Assembly (NCBI GenBank): GCA_019429045.1
Contig: JAHYJL010000003.1
Location: forward strand, 1 to 50,829
Length of the DNA stretch: 50,829 bases
Source of the DNA: Bacteroidales bacterium
GTDB lineage: Bacteria > Bacteroidota > Bacteroidia > Bacteroidales > JAGOPY01
Direction: 5' to 3'
This document shows positions 19,804-28,801 of the stretch, in pieces. The notes beneath the pieces are model-generated. The model had not been told where the DNA came from. It worked only from the letters and a program-made list of their open reading frames with translations, and made no database searches. Numbering within the stretch: position 1 is the first letter of the stretch; every line of letters begins with the position of its first letter. The position numbers were made by a program, and so were the translations under genes.

Positions 19804-21576
19804 ATGGCCTTAGCACAGAAGGTTAAAGTTTTGGTTGATGGTAAAAATACCATCAATGGCAGGGATGCGGGCGATTTTCTTGACCTGCATCTGCAGCAAA
19901 GCGTTTTCGGGCATCATTCGCTTGAAATTGTCTATCGTCGTGATCATTTTGAAGATGATGGCACATTCATCATGGATAAATCGGACCAGCTCTTCCTGGG
20001 ATGTTCTGTTTCACTTACCATTGAAGGAAGGGAGAATGAAAAGCTGGAATTCGACGGTGTTATCACGGGGGTGAAGGTCCGCAAGATGCATGATGCGCAA
20101 AGCGACACGGTCATCGTGGAAGCATCCAGCCCGGATATCTTTCTGAATGACGGAGAACACTGCAGGACATTTGAGGACAAGACGCTAAAGGCCATTGTCG
20201 ACAAGATCCTCGGTGAATACCAGCTGGACAGCAACAAGGTCAAACCTGAAAATGCCAGCGATGTGCTGTCGTATACCGTTCAATACAAAGAAAGCGCTTT
20301 CGCATTCCTGACAAGGCTGGCTTCCAAAAAGGCCCAGTGGTTTTATTATGATGGCAAGGAAATCATCTTTGGCGCCCGGGCCCAAAAGAAAGTAACGCTC
20401 GAATTTGGCGCCGATCTGTTTAATTTTGATTTCTCCTTGAAACTGGAAGATTTGAATTTCAAATATTTAGCATATGATTACTTTGAAAATAAAGTGATCA
20501 GCAGCGAATCAGGCGATAAGCAGATATCAAACCTTTCCACCAAAGCCAAATATGCCTACGATGTGTCTGAAAAAAAATTCAAGCATGATACGCAAAGCCT
20601 TTACAATCACAGCCTGACCAAATCAAAAGCCCAGGAACACCTCGACTCGCGTGTAAAATTGTTGAAAAGTGCTATGACTGCCGGGTTTATTTCGTGCAGT
20701 GGTTCCAGTGACGATGCTGACCTGGTGGCGGGCTGTGAAATCAATATCATTGAGAACTATGGCCAGGGAGATGATAAAAAACAGGTTGACCATGGTAATT
20801 ATATCATCACCAGCATCAGCCATTCATGTGACAGGACAGGCAACTATCAAAACAGCTTTTCGGCTGTCCCGGCCGAAATTGAAGTACCTCCCTACTCATC
20901 TCCTCATGCCATACCATTCTGCGAAACACAGGCAGCCAAGGTGATAGACAACAACGATCCCGATCAATTGGGAAGGATCCGTGTCCAGTTCATATGGCAA
21001 GAGGAAGAAAACACCATGACCCCCTGGATCAGGCTCGTAACCCCCCATGCCGGGGACCAGAAAGGGTTCTATTTCATACCGGAGATTGGGGAAGAGGTAC
21101 TGGTAGCATTCGAGGGCGGCAACGCCGAAAAGCCATACGTGATCGGCAGCATGTTTCATGGAAAGGCAGCGCCCGACAGCGCCTGGGTAAATGCAGACGA
21201 CGACATAAAAGCCATCCGCACCCGCAGCGGGCATACCATTGAATTCTCCGATAAAGATGGTAGTGAAGAGCTAAAAATCTATGATTACAATAAAGACAAC
21301 TATGTTATCACCCTGCAATCGCATTCCTCCAAAATCAAAATTGAATCAAAAGGAGACATTGAAATGGAGGCTACGGGCGATCTAAAGATAAAAGCTGCCA
21401 ATATAGAGATGGAATCCCAAAGCGACTTTAAGATCAAATCAACCAATGTGAAGGTTGATTCCACGTCACAATATGAAGTAAATGCCATGAATATCAATAA
21501 TAAAGCGAATGCCCAGGTAAAAATTGAAGGTGGGGCCATGATCGAACAAAAAGCCGCTATCATCAAAATAAATTAA
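19804..21576 (+). CDS. vgrG: T6SS spike protein VgrG/TssI
   Basis: VQYKESAFAFLTRLA, DNNDPDQLGRIRVQF, TPWIR, FIPEIGEEVLVAFEGGNAEKP, IRTRSGHTI, beta-helix C-terminus with no toxin extension. Confidence 0.95.
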   Translation: MALAQKVKVLVDGKNTINGRDAGDFLDLHLQQSVFGHHSLEIVYRRDHFEDDGTFIMDKSDQLFLGCSVSLTIEGRENEKLEFDGVITGVKVRKMHDAQSDTVIVEASSPDIFLNDGEHCRTFEDKTLKAIVDKILGEYQLDSNKVKPENASDVLSYTVQYKESAFAFLTRLASKKAQWFYYDGKEIIFGARAQKKVTLEFGADLFNFDFSLKLEDLNFKYLAYDYFENKVISSESGDKQISNLSTKAKYAYDVSEKKFKHDTQSLYNHSLTKSKAQEHLDSRVKLLKSAMTAGFISCSGSSDDADLVAGCEINIIENYGQGDDKKQVDHGNYIITSISHSCDRTGNYQNSFSAVPAEIEVPPYSSPHAIPFCETQAAKVIDNNDPDQLGRIRVQFIWQEEENTMTPWIRLVTPHAGDQKGFYFIPEIGEEVLVAFEGGNAEKPYVIGSMFHGKAAPDSAWVNADDDIKAIRTRSGHTIEFSDKDGSEELKIYDYNKDNYVITLQSHSSKIKIESKGDIEMEATGDLKIKAANIEMESQSDFKIKSTNVKVDSTSQYEVNAMNINNKANAQVKIEGGAMIEQKAAIIKIN

Positions 21577-21577
21577 T

Positions 21578-23251
21578 ATGACAACAGCTAAGCGAAGTAT
21601 CATGAATATAAAAATTATACTCCCGTTATTCCTTCTATCATTTATACTAATGGCCACTGCAAATCTTATGGCTGGCGATCCCATTGAAGTTACCATCACC
21701 GATGACCAGGAGATCTGCTACGGGGCAACCCCGGACACCCTGAAATCAAGGGTAACGGGCGGCAGTGGAAATTACACATACCTGTGGCAGTCATCACTGG
21801 ATGGAGATACCTGGAATATTATCCCCGGTGCAGACGACAGTATTTTTGTACCGCCACCGCTCTATGTCACTACCGCCTATCGTCTTATTGTCGATGACGA
21901 TGTGCCTACCGGCAGGGATACATCGAACATCGTGACCATCAGGGTTTATGATGAACTGCTAGCCAACACCATAACGGGTGGCATTACACCGATATGTTAC
22001 GGGGATGATGCCGGAACATTATATTCTCATGCAAGCGGAGGGGCAGGAGGCCATGTCATCAAATGGTACAATGAAAACAATGTATATCTGTTCACAGGCC
22101 CTGTCTTTCCTGTCGGAATTTTATTGGCCACAACGCGCTATTACTATATTGTGGAAGACGATGAATGCGGTTCAGATACAAGTTCAATTTTCTCCTGCAC
22201 TGTTTACCCGCAATTGACGGCTGGAAACATTACAGGGGGCAATTCGCCCATATGTGCCGGCGATAACGGCGGTACGCTAACGGCAAACGCTACAGGGGGC
22301 TCCGGAAATTATAGCATAAAATGGTATAATGAAGCCGGCAATCAACTCGGCACCGGCGAAACTTATAATGTCGGGACACTGAACATCACCACATCTTATT
22401 ATTATATAGTCACTGACGTTGGCGCCGATTGCGGCAGCAAGACCAGCGCATCATTACAGATCGAGGTCGTTGATTTCATTACAGCCAGCATTCTGATCAC
22501 ACCATCCCCACCCAACATTTGCAGTGGCGACCAGGTATCATTTACAGCCATGCCTACCCCGCCGAATCAGCTCAACCAGTATCAATGGTTCATAAATGAT
22601 GAACCCTCAGGCAACGGGCAAGTCATGACAACGGACGAAATCCTGGAAAATGCAACGGTGAAGGTACTTGTAATATACCCTGAAGGAACGTGCGTCACGA
22701 ATAACCCGGCAACCGGAACATATGATTTAACGGTAAGGCCAATTCCTGACACAGCCGCCATTATCTCAAAACCCCTTATTAATCCGGTGGTGCTCATTTA
22801 CCCGGGTGATACAACAGGCATGAATTACAGCTATCAGTGGTACTTAAACGGACAGATCATCACCGGCGCCACATCAAAATATTATTACCACAGCAGCGGG
22901 TTATCATATGGCACATACACCGTCAGGGTGACCAATCAATACCTGTGTTACGTCGAACTGAGCTATGATCATGGTTTGGATAAAAGTGGCCTATTCAGCA
23001 AAGAAGATATCTTCATGATTTTCCCTAACCCTAACCAGGGGGAATTCATGATTATCCTCAACGACGACGTGGTCAGCACAAATTCATATATAGTGCGGAT
23101 TACTGACATTAACGGCAGGGTGAAATATCATGAAACCCTGCCTGCAGGCGACCGGTCGGTCCGGCTGACCGGTTTCAGTAAAGGGATTTACCTGCTTGAA
23201 CTGACACTGGATGATAAACAGCAACAGTGCCGGAAATTAGTGGTATATTAA
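21578..23251 (+). CDS. T9SS type-A sorting-domain protein with Ig-like/SprB-like repeats
   Basis: Signal peptide, repeated ICxG...GGSGNY..W units, YQWY motifs, CTD IFPNP...G...KGIYLL...KLVVY. Starts 1 bp after the vgrG stop (alternative start 21602). Confidence 0.85.
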   Translation: MTTAKRSIMNIKIILPLFLLSFILMATANLMAGDPIEVTITDDQEICYGATPDTLKSRVTGGSGNYTYLWQSSLDGDTWNIIPGADDSIFVPPPLYVTTAYRLIVDDDVPTGRDTSNIVTIRVYDELLANTITGGITPICYGDDAGTLYSHASGGAGGHVIKWYNENNVYLFTGPVFPVGILLATTRYYYIVEDDECGSDTSSIFSCTVYPQLTAGNITGGNSPICAGDNGGTLTANATGGSGNYSIKWYNEAGNQLGTGETYNVGTLNITTSYYYIVTDVGADCGSKTSASLQIEVVDFITASILITPSPPNICSGDQVSFTAMPTPPNQLNQYQWFINDEPSGNGQVMTTDEILENATVKVLVIYPEGTCVTNNPATGTYDLTVRPIPDTAAIISKPLINPVVLIYPGDTTGMNYSYQWYLNGQIITGATSKYYYHSSGLSYGTYTVRVTNQYLCYVELSYDHGLDKSGLFSKEDIFMIFPNPNQGEFMIILNDDVVSTNSYIVRITDINGRVKYHETLPAGDRSVRLTGFSKGIYLLELTLDDKQQQCRKLVVY

Positions 23252-23294
23252 GATTATTAACGAATGTCACAGACATTATAAAAATTTATAAGAA

Positions 23295-23582
23295 ATGGAA
23301 GAATTGGAAATTGTATTGTTTTACCAGGATACGGAATATTCCATGAAGGTGGAAGATCTGACTAAACCTGTAGTTGATGCTATCAAAGAAATCGTAGAAG
23401 CTTTACAGCTTTCATGGCGGGATGGCGGGGGCAATCCCATTACCTACCACCTCGGCCGTACGACAGGCTCTGAGGAGGAAATACTTAAACCGCGCATAAA
23501 AGGGAAAGACCAGACATTATATGACTATAACATCAGGAGCGGCGACAGGCTTATCCTGATCAAGGAAGTGATCGCCGGATAA
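23295..23582 (+). CDS. ubiquitin-like beta-grasp protein (YukD/EsaB-like) ending in Gly
   Basis: 95 aa; QTLYDYNIRSGDRLIL closely parallels ubiquitin RTLSDYNIQKESTLHL; C-terminus ...EVIAG. Confidence 0.85.
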   Translation: MEELEIVLFYQDTEYSMKVEDLTKPVVDAIKEIVEALQLSWRDGGGNPITYHLGRTTGSEEEILKPRIKGKDQTLYDYNIRSGDRLILIKEVIAG

Positions 23583-23610
23583 GTTTTAACGAAAAATAAA
23601 TATCAAGAAG

Positions 23611-24369
23611 ATGGCAAAAATCGTCATTTCAAAAGGAGAAGAAAAAATTAACAACATTTTTGAGGGTTATAAGAAAACCGAGTTATCACCCAGGGGAAGA
23701 AAATTGTTGAAAGAATGGAGAAAGATCGACTTTCTCTGTGAAAACAGCGACGTGATCAAGTACATCATCAGAAAGCGGAACAGGGAGGGGTTGCCGGTTG
23801 AGTATGAGATCATTTATCATCTGAACAGCATCATCGGTGTGAACGAGCCCGTCGAAGCGACAAGGGAAGTGAGCGGGGAAAAGATATCCAGGCCCTGGCG
23901 GCAGCCCGTTTATGGTAAGGAACACCACCTGAGCATCGTTTTACCCAACAATTACCCCGGAGCGTTCGGAGGAAACCCTGAATTTGTCATGTTGTCAGAC
24001 ACCTGGCACCCCAATATCCGCGCGACGGGTAAATTCAAGGGCAGGATATGCCTTAACGACAGGGATCTTGGCGTTGCCTGCGGCCTGGATGAAAGGATCA
24101 TCCGGGTAGGTAAATACCTGCAATACCAAACCTATTGGGCCATCGACAGCTACCCGTGGCCGGAAGACCAGGTTGTTGCAGAATGGATAAGGGAAGAAGC
24201 TGAACCTGCCGGCTGGGTGAATGTCAACGAAGGGATCTATACTGATAATTCGAAACTGTACAAAACACCACTACTGTTTCATAAAAACTACCTGCAGGAG
24301 ATCCAGGATATTGGTTCACCCGGAGGTAAAAACACCGGGAACGCTCCTATTACTTTAAAAATGAATTAG
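23611..24369 (+). CDS. ubiquitin-conjugating enzyme E2 (UBC fold)
   Basis: RKLLKEW helix, LSIVLPNNYP...NPEF, WHPNI...GRICL with candidate catalytic Cys147. Confidence 0.9.
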   Translation: MAKIVISKGEEKINNIFEGYKKTELSPRGRKLLKEWRKIDFLCENSDVIKYIIRKRNREGLPVEYEIIYHLNSIIGVNEPVEATREVSGEKISRPWRQPVYGKEHHLSIVLPNNYPGAFGGNPEFVMLSDTWHPNIRATGKFKGRICLNDRDLGVACGLDERIIRVGKYLQYQTYWAIDSYPWPEDQVVAEWIREEAEPAGWVNVNEGIYTDNSKLYKTPLLFHKNYLQEIQDIGSPGGKNTGNAPITLKMN

Positions 24370-24419
24370 ATCGTATAACAGCGGATTAGAATGTAAACTA
24401 TCTTATAAATTCAACCGGA

Positions 24420-25826
24420 ATGAAAATATTTATTGTAATCCTGGTTTCACTGCTTTCCTTCTCCCTGATGGCCCAGGAAGCCGAAGTGCTGATGGTGGGG
24501 GAAAACCTGCTCGGATCCAAAGACATCGCATACAGCAGAAAAATTACGATCAGCGTCACGCCAAATGTAACCTATAAAATAGATGAAAATAAAAATGAGT
24601 TCCTGATCATTCATTTCGCGACAAAATGGTATCAGAACAATGAAATATTTGTTCCAAAGACGGAAAAGATATATATGATCAACGATCCGGAATATTTTAT
24701 GCAGAACTATGGCAGATCAAACAGCAATTGGAAGGTTCCCAAGCGTGTTCAGGATTTAATCTCAAATACCTTTGAGCTATCACCAGGCGCCATTTTTGAC
24801 TATACATTGGAAGAATTACCCGATATTTTCATTAATAAAACAAAACCAATTACTGTCTCCATTACGAAATACAAGAACGAAACCATCGTTCTCGTCGCCT
24901 CTTTTTACATGGGAACAGAGAAGTCTTTTTTATTCTCAGGGTTCACGGTCGATCAGAAAGCCGAACCGCTCATCTGGAAATTCAAGCTGCCGCCGCCGTC
25001 AGACAGGCCCGAATGTGGTGAGAAATACGATTACTATGTGTCCCGCATCAATAAATTACAAGCCAAACAAAAACTGCAGCAACTGGGTGAAATATTCAAG
25101 ACAGGGCTGAATAAATCAGAGCAGGCACTTAGAAGTGAGAAACAGGAACTGGAATCGATCAAAATGCTTAACCAGAGCCTGCAGGATCTGAATAGTGAAA
25201 TTACAGATGATGTTTCTAAAATGGGTTGTGAAAACCTTAACAGTATCAAAACCAATATTGAAGGATACCTTAAATCGATATCTTCAAACGAGATTGATAT
25301 CAGCTTCAGGTTAAGGGATCTCAATAAGAAACTGGATTCTCTCGGCCAAATTGGAGTGATGACGGTAAAAAGACGTGAATCATTAAGTGACAATAGTATT
25401 GTCATTAGGGAAATATATCACGGCTTAAAGAAATTACAATGGGAATTCAATCAGACGAATGCTTTCGACAGTATTCTGCTGGCAGATATCAAAGCCAGGC
25501 TGGATAATATTTACAAGATCGAAGATGAGAATTTCCAGGGGATGATACAAAACAAGGCCATCACATCTGAAGTTGCCTTGCTTAAAGATGAATTTGACAA
25601 TTATTATAATGCTTCTATAATCATTATCAACAATATCAGAGCCGAAAGCAGGGGAGAAAAAACGACCGGCAGTTTTGCTGACCATTCTGCAAAGGCAAAA
25701 AGGAAGAAGTTTTCGCCCTGGATTATTGTTTCCGGTCTGATTATCGTACTGACGATCATTGGGATAAAATTCCGTGAGCCGATCAAGCGGGCATTATCGT
25801 TGAAAAAGAAGGTAAAATATAAATAA
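24420..25826 (+). CDS. single-pass membrane protein with periplasmic beta domain and coiled coil
   Basis: Signal peptide, helical heptad-rich middle, C-terminal TM (PWIIVSGLIIVLTIIGI) and basic tail; ectodomain resembles that of the next gene. Confidence 0.75.
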   Translation: MKIFIVILVSLLSFSLMAQEAEVLMVGENLLGSKDIAYSRKITISVTPNVTYKIDENKNEFLIIHFATKWYQNNEIFVPKTEKIYMINDPEYFMQNYGRSNSNWKVPKRVQDLISNTFELSPGAIFDYTLEELPDIFINKTKPITVSITKYKNETIVLVASFYMGTEKSFLFSGFTVDQKAEPLIWKFKLPPPSDRPECGEKYDYYVSRINKLQAKQKLQQLGEIFKTGLNKSEQALRSEKQELESIKMLNQSLQDLNSEITDDVSKMGCENLNSIKTNIEGYLKSISSNEIDISFRLRDLNKKLDSLGQIGVMTVKRRESLSDNSIVIREIYHGLKKLQWEFNQTNAFDSILLADIKARLDNIYKIEDENFQGMIQNKAITSEVALLKDEFDNYYNASIIIINNIRAESRGEKTTGSFADHSAKAKRKKFSPWIIVSGLIIVLTIIGIKFREPIKRALSLKKKVKYK

Positions 25827-25837
25827 CAGTCATATTG

Positions 25838-28783
25838 ATGATAAAATATTTTCATTTATCTTTTTTGCTCTTCCTGGTCACCGGACCGGCATGGGCACAG
25901 CAGGAGATCGGTCCAGGCAAAACAAACCTGCAAAAACAACAGCTCATTTTTGCCAAAACCATTTGTGATATAACACCACAGGTTCAGTATGACACAAACA
26001 AACGGCATGAATTGACCATTAAATTCTATGCTGACTGGAAAAATAAAGATGGAGAACCGTTTCAAAACAACGAGCATTATTTGTACCTGATAGACAATTT
26101 TGACAAGTGGATGATTGGTATTAAGGAAAATGATAAATACTTGATCAATTTTTCCCCCAGACAAAAACAGTCAATTCTACAGGCCACTGATCAAATCACA
26201 GAAAATGGAATGAGTATCAAGCCGGTCTACTCAAATGGATATCTTGAACTGATAAATGTGTCGCAACCGCTGAAACTCAGGATTGACGGAAAGGATGGTG
26301 ACCTGATAACCCTGAATTTATTTTTCACCTATGTCACTGCTAAACCGAAAAACAAGAATATCGAAGATATTCCCCGGCAGCTTGCATGGTCATTTTCGCT
26401 ACCAGGTAAAACACCCGTTCCCGATGAACATGTGGCCATAATGCAGGAAGAAACAGAAATAGCCGAACAGGAAATCAAAGACACAATAAAGAAAGAGAAG
26501 GAGAAGGAGATAATCGCTCCCAGACCTGAGCCCCCGGTCAAAGAAAAGGTAAAGAAAGAAGATACTTCGCGAAAGGATATTGAAAATAAAATTGATTCAC
26601 TGGCGAAAAAATATAATGTGATATATCATGAACTGGCTTCACAGTTCGAATCAATGAAGGGAATAATCAACCCGGGGATGGCTGATATCGGAAACCGCAT
26701 CAGACAGAACGATGAGAGGTTTTCAATGGTTCAGGAAATGTTCTCCGTTAAAGATCAGCTTTCGGAGGAGTTGTTTGAGAATATGTCACTGGGGCTAACT
26801 TCCTGTAAGTCCGATAATCAATATTGCGACAGTTCCAATACTGTGTATCTGACAACCATCCGCACTTTCAAATCAAAGATCGAACAGGAAATCAGCCATT
26901 TGCTATCTGAATTTCAGAACATTGACAGAAGGACCATGCCACTCAAAGGGACAGAGATCCAAAATAAGCTGAAAGATCTTTTCAGTGAAGTCTCCGTCAT
27001 TGAAGCCACGCTGGAAAAATTACAAACATCAATCAATGCCCAGAATAAAGACATTTACAGTCTTTTTATGGAACTCGAGGGAAAGGTGGAGTTGGCGGAA
27101 AAGATCAGTGCATTTGACCTGGCATTCAATCAGGTTAACCTCCAGCTTGAAGGCCTGGTAGTGGATTACGACAATCTCAAAAGTAATTTTGAAAACAAGA
27201 AATTCAGCAAAGGATATTTCAAGTGGGTCAGGCAGTCTTATTTAAAAAAGGCTGATAATATTATTAATTCTTATGCTGTCATAAATTCTACATTTGATTC
27301 CTTATCACATAGCAAAAGGAGCTCTTTCCAGCAATATGATCTTGATCCGCTGATTGAGTCCCAGCAGGGATTTGAAAAAGAAAGGTCTGGCTTTGTCAAC
27401 CGTGTTGAAATATTGAAAGCCAGCATCATAGAGTCGGAATACGAACCTTTTCCTTTTTTATACACGGCCCTGGCTATTATATTCATCTCTATTCTCATCT
27501 TCGGGACTTATGTGTACCTGATGGCATTACGAAGAAAAAAACTGAAAATCAGCCCGATTTTGTCAACATCACGACCTGCTAAAAATGCCATAAAAATACA
27601 GCCCACTATGGTTACAGCATCAAACAAGGGAAAAGGGCTGGCGGATTATCTGAAACCCAACAAGGACCGCTACCTTGAGTTGAACATGTCGCATGAATGG
27701 GCGGATAGTTGCGTCAAAAATGTCTATTTTGAGCGGGACTGCATTATCAAGACCTATCGATTCTTCGAAGATTCCATTCATTCGGTCGGAACGACCGAGC
27801 ACTCCGCCAATGAAACCGGTGGTTATCTGATTGGCCAGTGGGACTACAATCCTGATGAACCTGATAAATACGACGTATCGCTGGAAGATTTCATCGAACC
27901 GGGAGATGATGCTTCTTTTTCAAAGTATCAATTGAATTTCGGCGCCAAAATAGGGGTGAAACTGCAATCTGTGCTCGAGAACATGCGGCAAAAATCGAAC
28001 CGCGATTTTGTCATGACGGCCTGGTTTCACAGTCACCCGGGATTGAAAATATTTCTTTCGGATTACGATCTCCAGGTTCAGAATGATTTTGCAGGAACCC
28101 AGAACAAGCACCGGATGCTGGCTTTGGTACTGGATCCTTATACACCTGCCTGGGATCTGGGTATTTTTCCTTACAAGGCCAATGGCGATATGAACAACGC
28201 CGCTGATTCCATACGCTTTTTCAGTTTCGATTCCATTTATCACTGGGCGCTTACCCCTCCCCGCCGGGAAATAGTTCAGTTTGATAACTATTTTGCCCAC
28301 GACATCTCCAGGGCTTATTCCGGGACCTCTATCCGGAATATCCTGTTCAGCCTCCCCGGCATCCTGGAGATCAAACGTTTTATTGAGAATGCAAAACTCC
28401 AAACCGGCAAAAACTTCACAACTGGCTTATTTTCAGGCTTTCAACATAACCCCGGATCACATTATGCCGACCTGGCCATTGAACAGGTTTTAAGTGAGGA
28501 AGACTGGCAACAGATCAGCAAGCCTGATGAAAAGAAGATCATAGGGGCTATTTTCTTCCTGGCTTCTGTTTCGGAAGATAATGCAAAAGCGCTGAATGAT
28601 AAAATTATACAGTTAACGGAGACATACGGGAAGAACCTGGTCATCGCTTTATTTTCTCCTGCTGATGAAGGTCTTTCCCTTTTACCTGCTGACATTATCA
28701 CCAGGTCGTTGATCTCAGCACCCGACAAGTCAGCACGCGTTCCATTGCCGGAACTGATTGAATGGACCAGAAAACGCAAGTAA
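25838..28783 (+). CDS. membrane-anchored JAB/JAMM (MPN+) metallo-isopeptidase with a second degenerate MPN repeat
   Basis: Signal peptide, coiled coil, TM near 27450-27530, then ETGGYLIG...AWFHSHPGLKIFLSDYD (E...HxH...S..D) and ALVLDP. Confidence 0.88.
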   Translation: MIKYFHLSFLLFLVTGPAWAQQEIGPGKTNLQKQQLIFAKTICDITPQVQYDTNKRHELTIKFYADWKNKDGEPFQNNEHYLYLIDNFDKWMIGIKENDKYLINFSPRQKQSILQATDQITENGMSIKPVYSNGYLELINVSQPLKLRIDGKDGDLITLNLFFTYVTAKPKNKNIEDIPRQLAWSFSLPGKTPVPDEHVAIMQEETEIAEQEIKDTIKKEKEKEIIAPRPEPPVKEKVKKEDTSRKDIENKIDSLAKKYNVIYHELASQFESMKGIINPGMADIGNRIRQNDERFSMVQEMFSVKDQLSEELFENMSLGLTSCKSDNQYCDSSNTVYLTTIRTFKSKIEQEISHLLSEFQNIDRRTMPLKGTEIQNKLKDLFSEVSVIEATLEKLQTSINAQNKDIYSLFMELEGKVELAEKISAFDLAFNQVNLQLEGLVVDYDNLKSNFENKKFSKGYFKWVRQSYLKKADNIINSYAVINSTFDSLSHSKRSSFQQYDLDPLIESQQGFEKERSGFVNRVEILKASIIESEYEPFPFLYTALAIIFISILIFGTYVYLMALRRKKLKISPILSTSRPAKNAIKIQPTMVTASNKGKGLADYLKPNKDRYLELNMSHEWADSCVKNVYFERDCIIKTYRFFEDSIHSVGTTEHSANETGGYLIGQWDYNPDEPDKYDVSLEDFIEPGDDASFSKYQLNFGAKIGVKLQSVLENMRQKSNRDFVMTAWFHSHPGLKIFLSDYDLQVQNDFAGTQNKHRMLALVLDPYTPAWDLGIFPYKANGDMNNAADSIRFFSFDSIYHWALTPPRREIVQFDNYFAHDISRAYSGTSIRNILFSLPGILEIKRFIENAKLQTGKNFTTGLFSGFQHNPGSHYADLAIEQVLSEEDWQQISKPDEKKIIGAIFFLASVSEDNAKALNDKIIQLTETYGKNLVIALFSPADEGLSLLPADIITRSLISAPDKSARVPLPELIEWTRKRK

Positions 28784-28801
28784 TGTTAACCCGATGATGA
28801 A

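Noticed and set aside
19804-21576. Evolved VgrG with a C-terminal effector domain
   Set aside because: The protein ends right after the beta-helix (…AAIIKIN), and the next ORF has its own Sec signal peptide.
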